Source: Myxococcota bacterium
GTDB taxonomy: Bacteria > Myxococcota_A > UBA9160 > UBA6930
Reading direction: 5' to 3'
Length of the DNA: 64,000 bases
Assembly: GCA_965223415.1 (NCBI GenBank)
Contig: OZ245002.1
Location: 64,001 to 128,000 of the forward strand
Positions 36,629 through 45,491 of this stretch are shown here, piece after piece (within the stretch, counting starts at the first letter, position 1; each line of letters starts with the position of its first letter). The notes under the pieces were generated by a model. It was not told the DNA's origin. It worked only from the letters and a program-made list of their open reading frames with translations, and made no database searches. The position numbers and the translations under genes were made by a program.

Positions 36629-38634
36629 TCGTACCGCAGCGCTTCGGCGGGATCGAGGCGGGCGCCGTGGCGCGAGGGCAGCAGGGTCGCGCCCAGCGAG
36701 AGCACCATCGCCATCGCCACCACCACGGCCACCTGGCCCACGTCGATCTCCGACGGCAGGGTCGAGAACTGGTAGATCGCGGCGGGAAGGGTGTCGATGC
36801 CGGTCAGGGCCTCGATCTGGCGCTGCACCCAGGCGAGCTGGGTCGTGACGGCGATGCCGGCGATCACGCCCACCGCCGTGCCCAGGAGCCCGATCAGCGT
36901 GCCCTCGATCGCGAAGATGCGCTCCACCATAGCGTCGCTGGCGCCCATCGCCTTCAGGATCGCGATGTCACTCGACTTCTCCATGATCATCATGACCAGG
37001 GTCACGACGATGGCGAAGGTGGCGACGACCATGATCATCGCCAGCAGCAGGAACATCATCACCCGCTCGTTCTTGAGCGCCTGGAAGAAGGACGGGAAGA
37101 GCTCCTTCCAGTCGCGGGTGAAGAAGGGGAAGCCCAGCACACCCTCGATGTGCCGGCCGACCTTGCTCGAGCGGTAGTAGTCGGTGGTGCGAACCTCGAT
37201 GCCGTGGACCACGTCGTCCACCCGCCGGAAGTCCTGGGCCGCTTCGAGGCTCGTGTAGGTGAAGATCTCGTCGTACTGGAAGAAGCTCGACTGGAAGACC
37301 CCGGCGACCCGGAAGCGCTTGAGCCGTGGGCTCGGCCCGAGCGGCGTCGGCGGGCCGCCGAAGGGAGAGATCAGCATCAGCTCGTCGCCCACTCCGACGC
37401 CAATGTGATGGGCCAGCTGGCTGCCGATCACGATGCCCGGATCCGGAGGTGCGCCGCCGTTGTCCCGCGGCCGTGGCGCCAGGTTCTCGAGGGCGTACTC
37501 GGAGCCGGGCAGCAGGTCGTCGCCGAGGTCCGTCACCTGGGTGATCCGCTGGGGATCGATGCCCCGCACGCGAACGCCGACGATCTCCCCCTCGCGCCCG
37601 CGCACCATGCCCTCCCCGTCGATGAAGGGCGAGGCGCCGACCACTTCGTCGAGGCCGTCCAGGGTTCGCAGCACCTCCCGGTAGTTCTCGATCGGGCCGA
37701 GGGGGCTCTGCACCGTCAGGTGCGCCCGGTTGCCGATGATCTCCTCCCGCCAGGTGCGTTCGAAGCCGTTCATCACCGAGAGCACGGTGATGATCAGCCA
37801 CACCCCGGCGGCGACGCCCACGACGCAGATCCCGGTGATCACCGAGATGAAGGTCTGCCGCCGCTTCGCGAACAGGTAGCGCCTGGCGATGAACCACTCG
37901 GCCGTGCCGCGGGTATCGAGCAGGCCGGCGGCTGCGAGGGGAAGCAGGCCCAGCAGCACGAAGGCGAAGAAGCCCGACAGGAGGGACTGGCCGAGGACGA
38001 AGAGCTCCGGCTCGGGCTGCTGCACGGCCAGGGGCACACCCACGCCCAGGCTGAGCACCACCGCGAGGGTGAGCGCGAGGCGCTCGTCGTTGCCGGGCTC
38101 CGTGGTTGCGGCGCTCCGGGCGGCCCGGCGCAGGCGCCTCCAGCGGAAGAGCGCGAAGGCCGCCCAGGCCACTGCCGCCGGCGCCACCGCGTAGCCGAGC
38201 TGGTCGAGCCCGCCGACCATGAACGCGTAGCCCACCGCCAGCAGGACGACGCTGCCCATCCCGAGGGCCCGCGGCGAGACGAAGCGCAGGAGCGCCGCGA
38301 CCAGGAGCTGGGCGATCACGAGCAGCGCGAGGGCAGCGGCCGTCACCCCGAGCCAGGCCTGGAAGGCGCCGGGCCACTCGGGCCCGAGCGCCTCGAACCA
38401 CTCGCGGTCGAGACCGCGCGTGCCGATCAGGGCCGCCCACAGGAGGGTCACGATCACGATCGATGTGAAACGGTGGGTGGCGCGGGCGAAGCGCTCGAGC
38501 ACGACCACCGCCGAGCCCAGGAAGAGGAGCAGGTTCACCGCGATCCCCAGCGCGAGGGCGACGATGAACGTGAGCGCCAGCGAGCCGCCGGCAGCGCTCA
38601 GGAACGACCAGAGGTCGGCAGCGAGCGGTCCCAC
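36625..38634 (-). CDS. lolE: Lipoprotein-releasing ABC transporter permease LolC/E with a multi-TM N-terminal extension of about 240 aa
   Basis: FIARRYL..FIS, LSVMNGF, DWKE, DIAILKAMGAS, PAEALRYE; upstream hydrophobic region in the same open frame. Confidence 0.88.
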   Translation of the reverse strand: MGPLAADLWSFLSAAGGSLALTFIVALALGIAVNLLLFLGSAVVVLERFARATHRFTSIVIVTLLWAALIGTRGLDREWFEALGPEWPGAFQAWLGVTAAALALLVIAQLLVAALLRFVSPRALGMGSVVLLAVGYAFMVGGLDQLGYAVAPAAVAWAAFALFRWRRLRRAARSAATTEPGNDERLALTLAVVLSLGVGVPLAVQQPEPELFVLGQSLLSGFFAFVLLGLLPLAAAGLLDTRGTAEWFIARRYLFAKRRQTFISVITGICVVGVAAGVWLIITVLSVMNGFERTWREEIIGNRAHLTVQSPLGPIENYREVLRTLDGLDEVVGASPFIDGEGMVRGREGEIVGVRVRGIDPQRITQVTDLGDDLLPGSEYALENLAPRPRDNGGAPPDPGIVIGSQLAHHIGVGVGDELMLISPFGGPPTPLGPSPRLKRFRVAGVFQSSFFQYDEIFTYTSLEAAQDFRRVDDVVHGIEVRTTDYYRSSKVGRHIEGVLGFPFFTRDWKELFPSFFQALKNERVMMFLLLAMIMVVATFAIVVTLVMMIMEKSSDIAILKAMGASDAMVERIFAIEGTLIGLLGTAVGVIAGIAVTTQLAWVQRQIEALTGIDTLPAAIYQFSTLPSEIDVGQVAVVVAMAMVLSLGATLLPSRHGARLDPAEALRYE

Positions 38635-38637
38635 GCT

Positions 38638-40116
38638 TCAGTCGCCCTCGGGCCGGAGGTGGGGAAAGAGGATCACCTCCCGCAGGTTGGGGGCGTCGGC
38701 GAGGATCATCACCAGGCGGTCCACTCCGATGCCGAGGCCTCCGGTCGGGGGCATGCCGTGCTCCAGGGCCAGCAGGAACGCCTCGTCCATGGGATGCGCC
38801 TCCTCGTCCCCTTGTTCCCGCGCCTCCGCCATCGCGAGGAAGCGCTGCCTCTGATCGTCCGGGTCGTTGAGCTCGCTGAAGGCGTTTCCGATCTCCATGC
38901 CCGCCACGAAGGGCTCGAAGCGCTCGACCAGCCGGGGATCCTCCGAGGAGCGCTTGGCGAGGGGAGACAGCTCCACCGGGTGGTTCGTGACGAAGGTGGG
39001 CTGGATCAGCTCGGGCTCGACGCGCTCCGAGAAGAGGTCGTCGACCAGCACGGCCCAGGTGGGCGCGTCGCCCGGGTCCATGCCCTGGGCGCGCACCGCG
39101 GCCTGCAGCGAGGCGAGGTCCGGCGAGGCCAGGATGTCCACGCCGGTCGTCTCGGCGATCGCGTCGCGGATCGTCACGCGCGGCCACGGCGGGGCGAACT
39201 CGAGCTTGGTGCCCTGGAACTCGACGCTCGTCGTCCCGAGCACGCGCCGGGCGACGAAGCCCACCATCGCCTCGGTGAGCTCCATCATGTCCCGGTAGTC
39301 GGCGAAGGCCTCGTAGCACTCGAGCATGGTGAACTCGGGGTTGTGCTTCTTCGAGATGCCCTCGTTGCGAAAGTTGTGGCCGATCTCGTACACGCGATCG
39401 AGGCCGCCGATCACCAGCCGCTTCAGGTAGAGCTCGTCCGAGATGCGCAGGTAGAGCGGCTGGTCGAAGAGCCGATGGTGGGTCGTGAAGGGCTCCGCCG
39501 CCGCGCCCCCGTAGATCGGCTGGAGCACCGGCGTCTCCACCTCGAGGAAGCCCCGCTCGTCGAGGAAGGCGCGCAGGGACGAGATGACCCGACTGCGCAG
39601 GAGCGCGGTCGCGCGGGCCTCCTCGTTCGAGAGCAGGTCGAGGTAGCGCTGGCGGTAGCGGGTCTCCACGTCCGCCAGCCCGTGCCACTTCTCGGGCAGG
39701 GGCTGGAGGCATTTGGCGAGCATGGTCACGTCGCGGGCGTCCAGGGTGAGCTCACCTTTCTGGGTGCGCCACACGACACCCTCGGCCCGCACGAAGTCGC
39801 CCACGTCGAGCTTCTTGGCGAAGGCGAAGACCTCGGGGGCCACCTCCTGCTTGCGCAGGCTCACCTGCATGGCGGCCCCGTCGTCCACCAGGGTCATGAA
39901 AAGGAGCTTGCCGAAGGAGCGATGGGCCCGGACGCGCCCGGCGATGGCGCCGGCGGGCTTCTCCGCCTCCAGGCTCTCGGCGCTGGCGTCCTCGAAGGGG
40001 GCCCGCAGCTCCGCGATCGGCGTCCGCGGTGCCACCCGCGCAGGGAACGGATCGACGCCCTCGGCGCGCAGGGCCTCGAGCCGGTCGCGCCGGGCTTCCC
40101 GTTCCTTGTCACTCAT
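38638..40116 (-). CDS. lysS: Lysine--tRNA ligase (class II)
   Basis: RYRQRYLDL, EVETP, GGAAAEPF, FRNEG, HNPEFTMLE, NAFSELND, GMPPTGGLGIGVDRL. Confidence 0.97.
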   Translation of the reverse strand: MSDKEREARRDRLEALRAEGVDPFPARVAPRTPIAELRAPFEDASAESLEAEKPAGAIAGRVRAHRSFGKLLFMTLVDDGAAMQVSLRKQEVAPEVFAFAKKLDVGDFVRAEGVVWRTQKGELTLDARDVTMLAKCLQPLPEKWHGLADVETRYRQRYLDLLSNEEARATALLRSRVISSLRAFLDERGFLEVETPVLQPIYGGAAAEPFTTHHRLFDQPLYLRISDELYLKRLVIGGLDRVYEIGHNFRNEGISKKHNPEFTMLECYEAFADYRDMMELTEAMVGFVARRVLGTTSVEFQGTKLEFAPPWPRVTIRDAIAETTGVDILASPDLASLQAAVRAQGMDPGDAPTWAVLVDDLFSERVEPELIQPTFVTNHPVELSPLAKRSSEDPRLVERFEPFVAGMEIGNAFSELNDPDDQRQRFLAMAEAREQGDEEAHPMDEAFLLALEHGMPPTGGLGIGVDRLVMILADAPNLREVILFPHLRPEGD

Positions 40117-41265
40117 TGGGAGCTCCCGGCATGGCTCGCGCTCTTCCAGAGCAGGGTGGCGCGAATGAACTTGTCGAGCTGGCCGTCCAGTACGGCCTGG
40201 GCGTTGCCGGCCTCGACGCCGGTGCGGTGATCCTTCACCCGTTGGGCGGGATGTAGCGTGTACGAGCGAATCTGGCTGCCGAAGCCGATCTCCTGCTTCT
40301 CCCCTCGCATGGCGGCGAGCTTCTCCTCCTGCTCGCGCCGGTGGTGCTCGTAGAGCCGGGCCTTCAGCACCTTCATGGCCTGGGCCCGGTTCTTGTGCTG
40401 GGATCGCTCGTTCTGGCACTGCACCACGATGCCCGTGGGCTCGTGGGTGATGCGCACGGCGGAGTCGGTCTTGTTCACGTGCTGGCCGCCGGCCCCCCCG
40501 GCCCGGTAGGTGTCGATGCGCAGGTCGTTCTCGTCCACCTCCACGTCGATCTCGTCGTTGAGCTCGGGGAAAACGGACACGCTGGCGAAGGCCGTGTGCC
40601 GGCGATGCTGGGCGTCGAAGGGCGAGATGCGCACGAGCCGGTGCACCCCCTCCTCCGCCTTCAGGTAGCCGAAAGCGAAGTCGCCGCTCACGGTCAGCGT
40701 GACGCTTCGCAGGCCGGCCTCGTCACCGGCCTGGACCGAGAGGATCTCGCTCTTCATCTCCCGGTCCTCGGCCCAGCGCAGGTACATGCGCAGGAGCATC
40801 TCGGCCCAGTCGGCGGCGTCGGTGCCGCCGGCGCCGGCGTTGATCTCCACGATGGCGCCGGCCGCGTCGTGCTCGCCGCCGAGCATGGCGTGGAGCTCCG
40901 CATCCGCGAGCCGCCCCTCCGCCTGGCCGAGCTTCTCCGCCACCTCGCCGAGGGTCTCCTCGTCGTCGGCCTCCTGGGCCAGCTCGAGCAGCACCTCGGC
41001 GTCGGAGAAGGCCAGCTCGATGCCATCCACCAGCTCGAGCTCCCGTTCCACGCGCCGCTTCTCCTTGAGGAGCTGCTCGGCTTTCTCCCGGTCGTCCCAG
41101 AGGTCCGGCCGCGCCGACGCCTCCTCCAACTCTTCGTGCTTCTTCCTCAGCGCCGCTTCGTCAAAGACGCCCCCGGAACTCGGAGAAGCGCGTCTGCAGG
41201 CCATGCAGGCGCTCGCGGAGCTCAGCGGCGTCGAGAGGAGGAGGAGTCGCTGCGTTCTCGGTCAT
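40113..41265 (-). CDS. prfB: Peptide chain release factor 2, expressed by programmed +1 frameshift
   Basis: Short first ORF from ATG 41265 ending CTT TGA; main frame has the SPF and GGQ motifs. Confidence 0.95.
41160..41175 (-). other. prfB +1 frameshift cassette (internal SD-like GGGGG, 3 nt, CTT TGA C)
   Basis: Minus strand reads CGGGGG CGT CTT TGA C. Confidence 0.93.
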
Positions 41266-42838
41266 CAGTGTCCTCGCCGAGACGTCTCGCCCGGATCCAC
41301 CAGGCGAGCGAGAGGGCCCAGCAGCTCCAGGCGAACACATCTCCGTGTCGCACGTAGAAGGTGGTTCCCCGGTCCGGGGGTCGCAGGGGAACGTCACCCA
41401 CCAGGAGATCCGTCTCGAAGATGACGGTTCGATCGCGAACGCGCCCGCGTGCGTCGATCCGTGCCGACACCCCCGTGTTCGCCGCCCGCGCCACCCACAG
41501 GCCCGTCTCCGCCGCGCGCAGCGCCGTGATCGCGAGGAACTGGTGCGGTGCGCCGGTGCGCCCGTACCAGGCGTCGTTCGTGATCGCGAGCAGGGCCCGG
41601 GCTCCACCGGCGGCAAACCGTCGAACCAGATCCGGGAAGAGCAGTTCATAGCAGATGGGAACACCCACGGGGACGAGCGCGCCGTCGGGCCCGGCCACCG
41701 CGACCACCCGGGGGCCCTCGCCTTCGCTGACGTCCCGGCCCGCACTGCCCGTCGCGACGGCCCGGATGAACCGCCCGAGCACGGCGCGGAAGGGCAGGTA
41801 CTCGCCGAAGGGCACCAGGTGGGCCTTGTCGTAGCGATCGGGCACCTCTTCGGCGCCGAGCACGTAGGCGCTGTCGAACAGCCGCGGCTGCTCCTCGCCC
41901 TCGTGCCACTCGACGCCGACCGCGCCGACCACGAGGGTCGCCCCGGTCTCCCGGGCCAGGGACAGGAGCCGATCCATCAGCTCCGGGTCCCCTTCCGGCG
42001 AGCCGGGCACCGCCGTCTCGGGCCACACGATCACCCGGGCGCCCTCCTCCGCGGCCCGGCGGGTGAGGCCGTCGTAGATCGCCAGGGTGCGCTCGGCCCA
42101 GTCCGGCGACCACTTCACGCCCTGCTCGATGTTGCCCTGCAGGACAGCCACGGAGACCGGATTCTCCTCCGGCGGGGCGGGCCAGGCGAGCCGCGCGGCA
42201 CCAGCCACGAGCAGGAGCGCGCCCAGAGCGATCGCGGCTCGTCGGCGCCCGCCGAGGCCCAGCGCCGCCGCCCGCCACGGCGCCAGCACGGTGAAGAGCG
42301 CCAGGCTGCCGAGAGCCGTCGCGAAGGAGAGCCCGAACACGCCCGTCCACGGCGCCAGGGCGAGCAGTGCGCTTCCGTGCTGGCTGTAGCCGAGGCTGCC
42401 CCAGGGAAAGCCGGTGAACAGGAACGTGCGTCCGTGGTCGAGGGCGGCCCAGAAGGCGGCGAGCACGATGGGCGCCGCCGCTGCGCGCCGCGCCAGGTGC
42501 GCGGCGAGGCCGCACCAGATCGCCTGGAAGAGGCCTCCGTAGGTGGCGAGGGCCAACGGCGCGAGCAGGCCCACGACGAGAGGCGCGCGACCGTAGTGAT
42601 GGGTGACGACGAAGATCCAGTGGATCACCGCCGCCAGCGCCAGGGTGCCGAGCACGAAGCCGAGCAGGGTCGCGCGTCGCACCGGGAGCCCCTGCACCGC
42701 CAGGAGTGCGGTAATCGGCACGGCGAAGCCGATCACCGGCCCCAGATCGAAGCTCCCTTCGCCCCACGGCTGCGGGAAGGAGAGGAAGCTCGCCGCGACG
42801 TGGGCCAGCACCCAGCCGAGCCGAGCGCGGCCGCTCAT
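41222..42838 (-). CDS. lnt: Apolipoprotein N-acyltransferase
   Basis: TGFPWG, QGNI, WPET, YDKAHLVPFGEY, ICYE, TNDAWYG, RAANTG. Confidence 0.95.
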   Translation of the reverse strand: MSGRARLGWVLAHVAASFLSFPQPWGEGSFDLGPVIGFAVPITALLAVQGLPVRRATLLGFVLGTLALAAVIHWIFVVTHHYGRAPLVVGLLAPLALATYGGLFQAIWCGLAAHLARRAAAAPIVLAAFWAALDHGRTFLFTGFPWGSLGYSQHGSALLALAPWTGVFGLSFATALGSLALFTVLAPWRAAALGLGGRRRAAIALGALLLVAGAARLAWPAPPEENPVSVAVLQGNIEQGVKWSPDWAERTLAIYDGLTRRAAEEGARVIVWPETAVPGSPEGDPELMDRLLSLARETGATLVVGAVGVEWHEGEEQPRLFDSAYVLGAEEVPDRYDKAHLVPFGEYLPFRAVLGRFIRAVATGSAGRDVSEGEGPRVVAVAGPDGALVPVGVPICYELLFPDLVRRFAAGGARALLAITNDAWYGRTGAPHQFLAITALRAAETGLWVARAANTGVSARIDARGRVRDRTVIFETDLLVGDVPLRPPDRGTTFYVRHGDVFAWSCWALSLAWWIRARRLGEDTDDRERSDSSSSRRR

Positions 42839-43272
42839 CCGTCGAGCGCCGCGCGGAGCGTCTGCTCCCGGGCCTCCATGACGCGGGCCTCCTCCTCGTG
42901 CTCGTGGTCGAAGCCCAGGAGATGCAGGACACCGTGGATCAGCAGGCGCAGGAGCTCCTCGTCCAGGTCGTGACCCTGCTCGCAGGCCTGGCGGGCCGCC
43001 ACCTCCACGCCCAGGACGACGTCGCCGAGCAGAGCCCCGCGGTGCTCGGCGTGATCCCCCTCCAGGAGGGAGAAGGAGAGCACGTCCGTCGGCCCGGGGC
43101 GTCCGCGGTAGCGCTCGTTCATCTCGGCCATGGCGTCGTCGGCGACGATCGAGACCGAAAGCTCCGCCTCCGGCACGGCGAGGGACGCGAGCAGCCGCTC
43201 CGCCCGGGCGGCCAGGCGCGCCGCGTCGAAGGCCGGCGCCTCCGGCGGCGGCCCGGACACCTGGACCGGCAA
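42835..43272 (-). CDS. ybeY: rRNA maturation RNase YbeY
   Basis: PTDVLSF, LGDVV, HGVLHLLGFDH. Confidence 0.95.
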   Translation of the reverse strand: MPVQVSGPPPEAPAFDAARLAARAERLLASLAVPEAELSVSIVADDAMAEMNERYRGRPGPTDVLSFSLLEGDHAEHRGALLGDVVLGVEVAARQACEQGHDLDEELLRLLIHGVLHLLGFDHEHEEEARVMEAREQTLRAALDG

Positions 43273-43278
43273 GGGCCG

Positions 43279-44346
43279 TCACTCCCCGGTGTCGGGGTCG
43301 GAAGCGGGGTCGGAAGCGTCTTCGGAAGCGGGCGCTGCGTCGGCACCCTCCGGGCCGGCAGCGCGCTCCGCATCGACTGCGCGCTCCTTGCGGTCGTAGG
43401 CGCGCACGATCGCCTGGACGAGGGGGTGGCGCACCACGTCCGCCTCACCGAACTCCATGAAGCCGATGCCGCGGGTTCCGCGCAGGACCCGCACGGCGTC
43501 GACCAGACCCGAGGGCTTGTCCGTCGGCAGGTCGATCTGGGTCACGTCGCCGGTGATCACCGCCTTCGACTCGAAGCCGAGCCGGGTGAGGAACATCTTC
43601 ATCTGCTCGGGCGTCGTGTTCTGCGCCTCGTCGAGGATCACGAAGGAGTCGTTCAGGGTGCGACCGCGCATGAAGGCGAGGGGCGCCACCTCGATCACGT
43701 CCTTCTCGATCAGCCGGCCGGCCTTGTCGAAGTCCATCATGTCGTGGAGCGCGTCGTACAGGGGACGAAGGTAGGGGTGCACCTTCTCGGCCATGGAGCC
43801 GGGCAGGAAGCCGAGCTTCTCCCCCGCTTCGACGGCGGGCCGCGTGAGCACCACCCTCACGACCTCGTGGCGGTTGAGCGCGGCGATCGCCATGGCCATG
43901 GCGAGGTAGGTCTTGCCCGTGCCGGCCGGACCGGTCGCGAACACCACGTCGTGGTCGCGCATCAGCTCGACGTAGCGGCGCTGGGAGAGGTTCTTGGCGG
44001 CGATGCGTCGCCGCCCGCCCACGCTCGAGAGCACGTCCTGGTAGACGTCCTGGAGCCTCACGCCGGGCTCCTTCGCGAGCATCTGCACGGCGCTGCGAAC
44101 GTCCCGCGGCTTCACCGGCTGGCCCTCGCGGAGGAGGCCGTAGAGCTCCTCCAGCACCTGACGACCGATGCGCACCTGGGCCTCGGCGCCGATCAGCTTC
44201 ACCTGGTTGCCGCGGGCGCGCGCCTGGATGCCGAGATCCTGCTCCAGAATGCGGAGCGTGCGCTCGCGTTCCCCGTAGAGGGCAGCGGCCAGGTGGTTGT
44301 CGTCGAACACGAGGGTCTGGCGGCTGCTGGCGTCCCGGTCGTTCAG
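43279..44346 (-). CDS. phoH: PhoH-like ATPase (YbeZ); CTG start at 44346 proposed, first GTG at 44310
   Basis: GPAGTGKTYLA, RPAVEAGEKLGFLPG, PLAFMRGRT, LDEAQN, GDVTQIDLP, DVVRH. Confidence 0.93.
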   Translation of the reverse strand: MNDRDASSRQTLVFDDNHLAAALYGERERTLRILEQDLGIQARARGNQVKLIGAEAQVRIGRQVLEELYGLLREGQPVKPRDVRSAVQMLAKEPGVRLQDVYQDVLSSVGGRRRIAAKNLSQRRYVELMRDHDVVFATGPAGTGKTYLAMAMAIAALNRHEVVRVVLTRPAVEAGEKLGFLPGSMAEKVHPYLRPLYDALHDMMDFDKAGRLIEKDVIEVAPLAFMRGRTLNDSFVILDEAQNTTPEQMKMFLTRLGFESKAVITGDVTQIDLPTDKPSGLVDAVRVLRGTRGIGFMEFGEADVVRHPLVQAIVRAYDRKERAVDAERAAGPEGADAAPASEDASDPASDPDTGE

Positions 44347-44381
44347 GGGCTTCCTCCGTGGGGCGAAGCGGGCAGCGGCGA

Positions 44382-45491
44382 TCAGCGCTCCGGCGGGAGC
44401 ACGACGACGCCGTCGTCGCGACGCCGGAAATAGTACGAGTCGGCTTCGGCACCCGCCAATGCGGTGGCGTCGCCGAGCTCTCGGAGCTCCGCCACGCTCG
44501 CGGGCCAGCGGCCCCGGGCGAAGCGGTAGGCGAGCGCCATCTGGCGCAGGCGCAGGGCTTCGTAGGCCTCGTCGGCCCGGGCGAGCGCGTCACCCCCCGG
44601 CGGCGCCGCCGTGGGCGGCCCCGGGCGTGCCACCAGCCAGACCACCAGGGCCAGGGCCGCGAAGGGCAGCACGGCGAGGAACCGGCCCGCGTCGAGACGA
44701 GGAGCGCGGCGGCCCGGTCGCGGCTGACTGCGCTCGCGAGCCCGGGCCATCTCCTCTTCCGAGAGGGGCTCGATCGCGCCGAGACGACGCAGCCGCGAGA
44801 GCTGGCGCGCGCCCTCGAAGTCTCCCAAGCGGGAGAGGTCGATGGCGCGGCGCACCGACAGCCGCCCGTCGATCAGCAGGAAGAGCCGCTCGGCGGCGGC
44901 GAGCCGCTCCGGCGACTCGGCGGCGTGCGCGTCGCGGTAGACGTCGAAGCTGCCGGCGCGGCGGAACACGCCGTCGTCCCGGGTCGCGATCGGGTCGAGG
45001 GTGCGCCACTCGTCGACCATGCGCAGGCCGTCCATCAGGATCTGCTCCGCCGGCAGGAGGTCGGCGGGCTCGCGGCTGTGGTGGATGGACCGGGACGTGA
45101 AGTGGAACGATCCGCTGCGCGAGCGGAGCAGCGTGAAGATCGTGTCGCTGGTGACGAGATCGGCGATCTCCTGCACCGCCTCCGCGGGCACTTCGCCGCT
45201 CTCCACCAGGAGGTCGCCCAGGTTGCGATCGGAGCCGCTCAGCTCCGCTTCGAGGAGCGCCCGGCGCTCCGGCGTGATGAGACCGACGCGAACGAGCATG
45301 TCGCCGACGGCGGCACCCTCGTAGGCGCCGGCGGCCTCCGCCCACACGACGCTGCCGCCGTCGAAGGCGATGCGCAGCTGCCTCCCGTCGCCGTCGACGG
45401 TGAGCAGGCCGGTCTTCTGCTGCTGGCCGATCAGCTGGAAGACCTCGCCGATCCCGAAGTCGCGCAGGTTGCCGTGGAGGGCGACGCTCAT
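44382..45491 (-). CDS. DUF4388 domain protein with one C-terminal transmembrane helix
   Basis: LHGNLRDFGIGEVFQLIGQQQKTGLL, GSFHF, ILMDGLRMVDEW; hydrophobic FLAVLPFAALALVVWLV. Confidence 0.8.
   Translation of the reverse strand: MSVALHGNLRDFGIGEVFQLIGQQQKTGLLTVDGDGRQLRIAFDGGSVVWAEAAGAYEGAAVGDMLVRVGLITPERRALLEAELSGSDRNLGDLLVESGEVPAEAVQEIADLVTSDTIFTLLRSRSGSFHFTSRSIHHSREPADLLPAEQILMDGLRMVDEWRTLDPIATRDDGVFRRAGSFDVYRDAHAAESPERLAAAERLFLLIDGRLSVRRAIDLSRLGDFEGARQLSRLRRLGAIEPLSEEEMARARERSQPRPGRRAPRLDAGRFLAVLPFAALALVVWLVARPGPPTAAPPGGDALARADEAYEALRLRQMALAYRFARGRWPASVAELRELGDATALAGAEADSYYFRRRDDGVVVLPPER
44430..44459 (-). promoter_or_regulatory. Sigma-70-type promoter candidate for phoH-ybeY-lnt-prfB-lysS, embedded in the upstream gene end
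   Basis: TTGGCG(44459-44454)-18 bp-TACTAT(44435-44430). Confidence 0.4.

Noticed and set aside
36667..40230. 1187-aa plus-strand ORF and similar antisense or alternate-frame ORFs across the window
   Set aside because: They overlap well-supported genes (lolE, lysS) and translate to shadow or Arg/Pro/Gly-rich sequence.
41161..41265. prfB as a pseudogene or sequencing error
   Set aside because: The break is the canonical programmed CTT TGA C frameshift.
43294..43330. Three imperfect 12-bp repeats at the phoH 3' end (ASED, ASDP, ASDP)
   Set aside because: Short low-complexity tail with no evident function.
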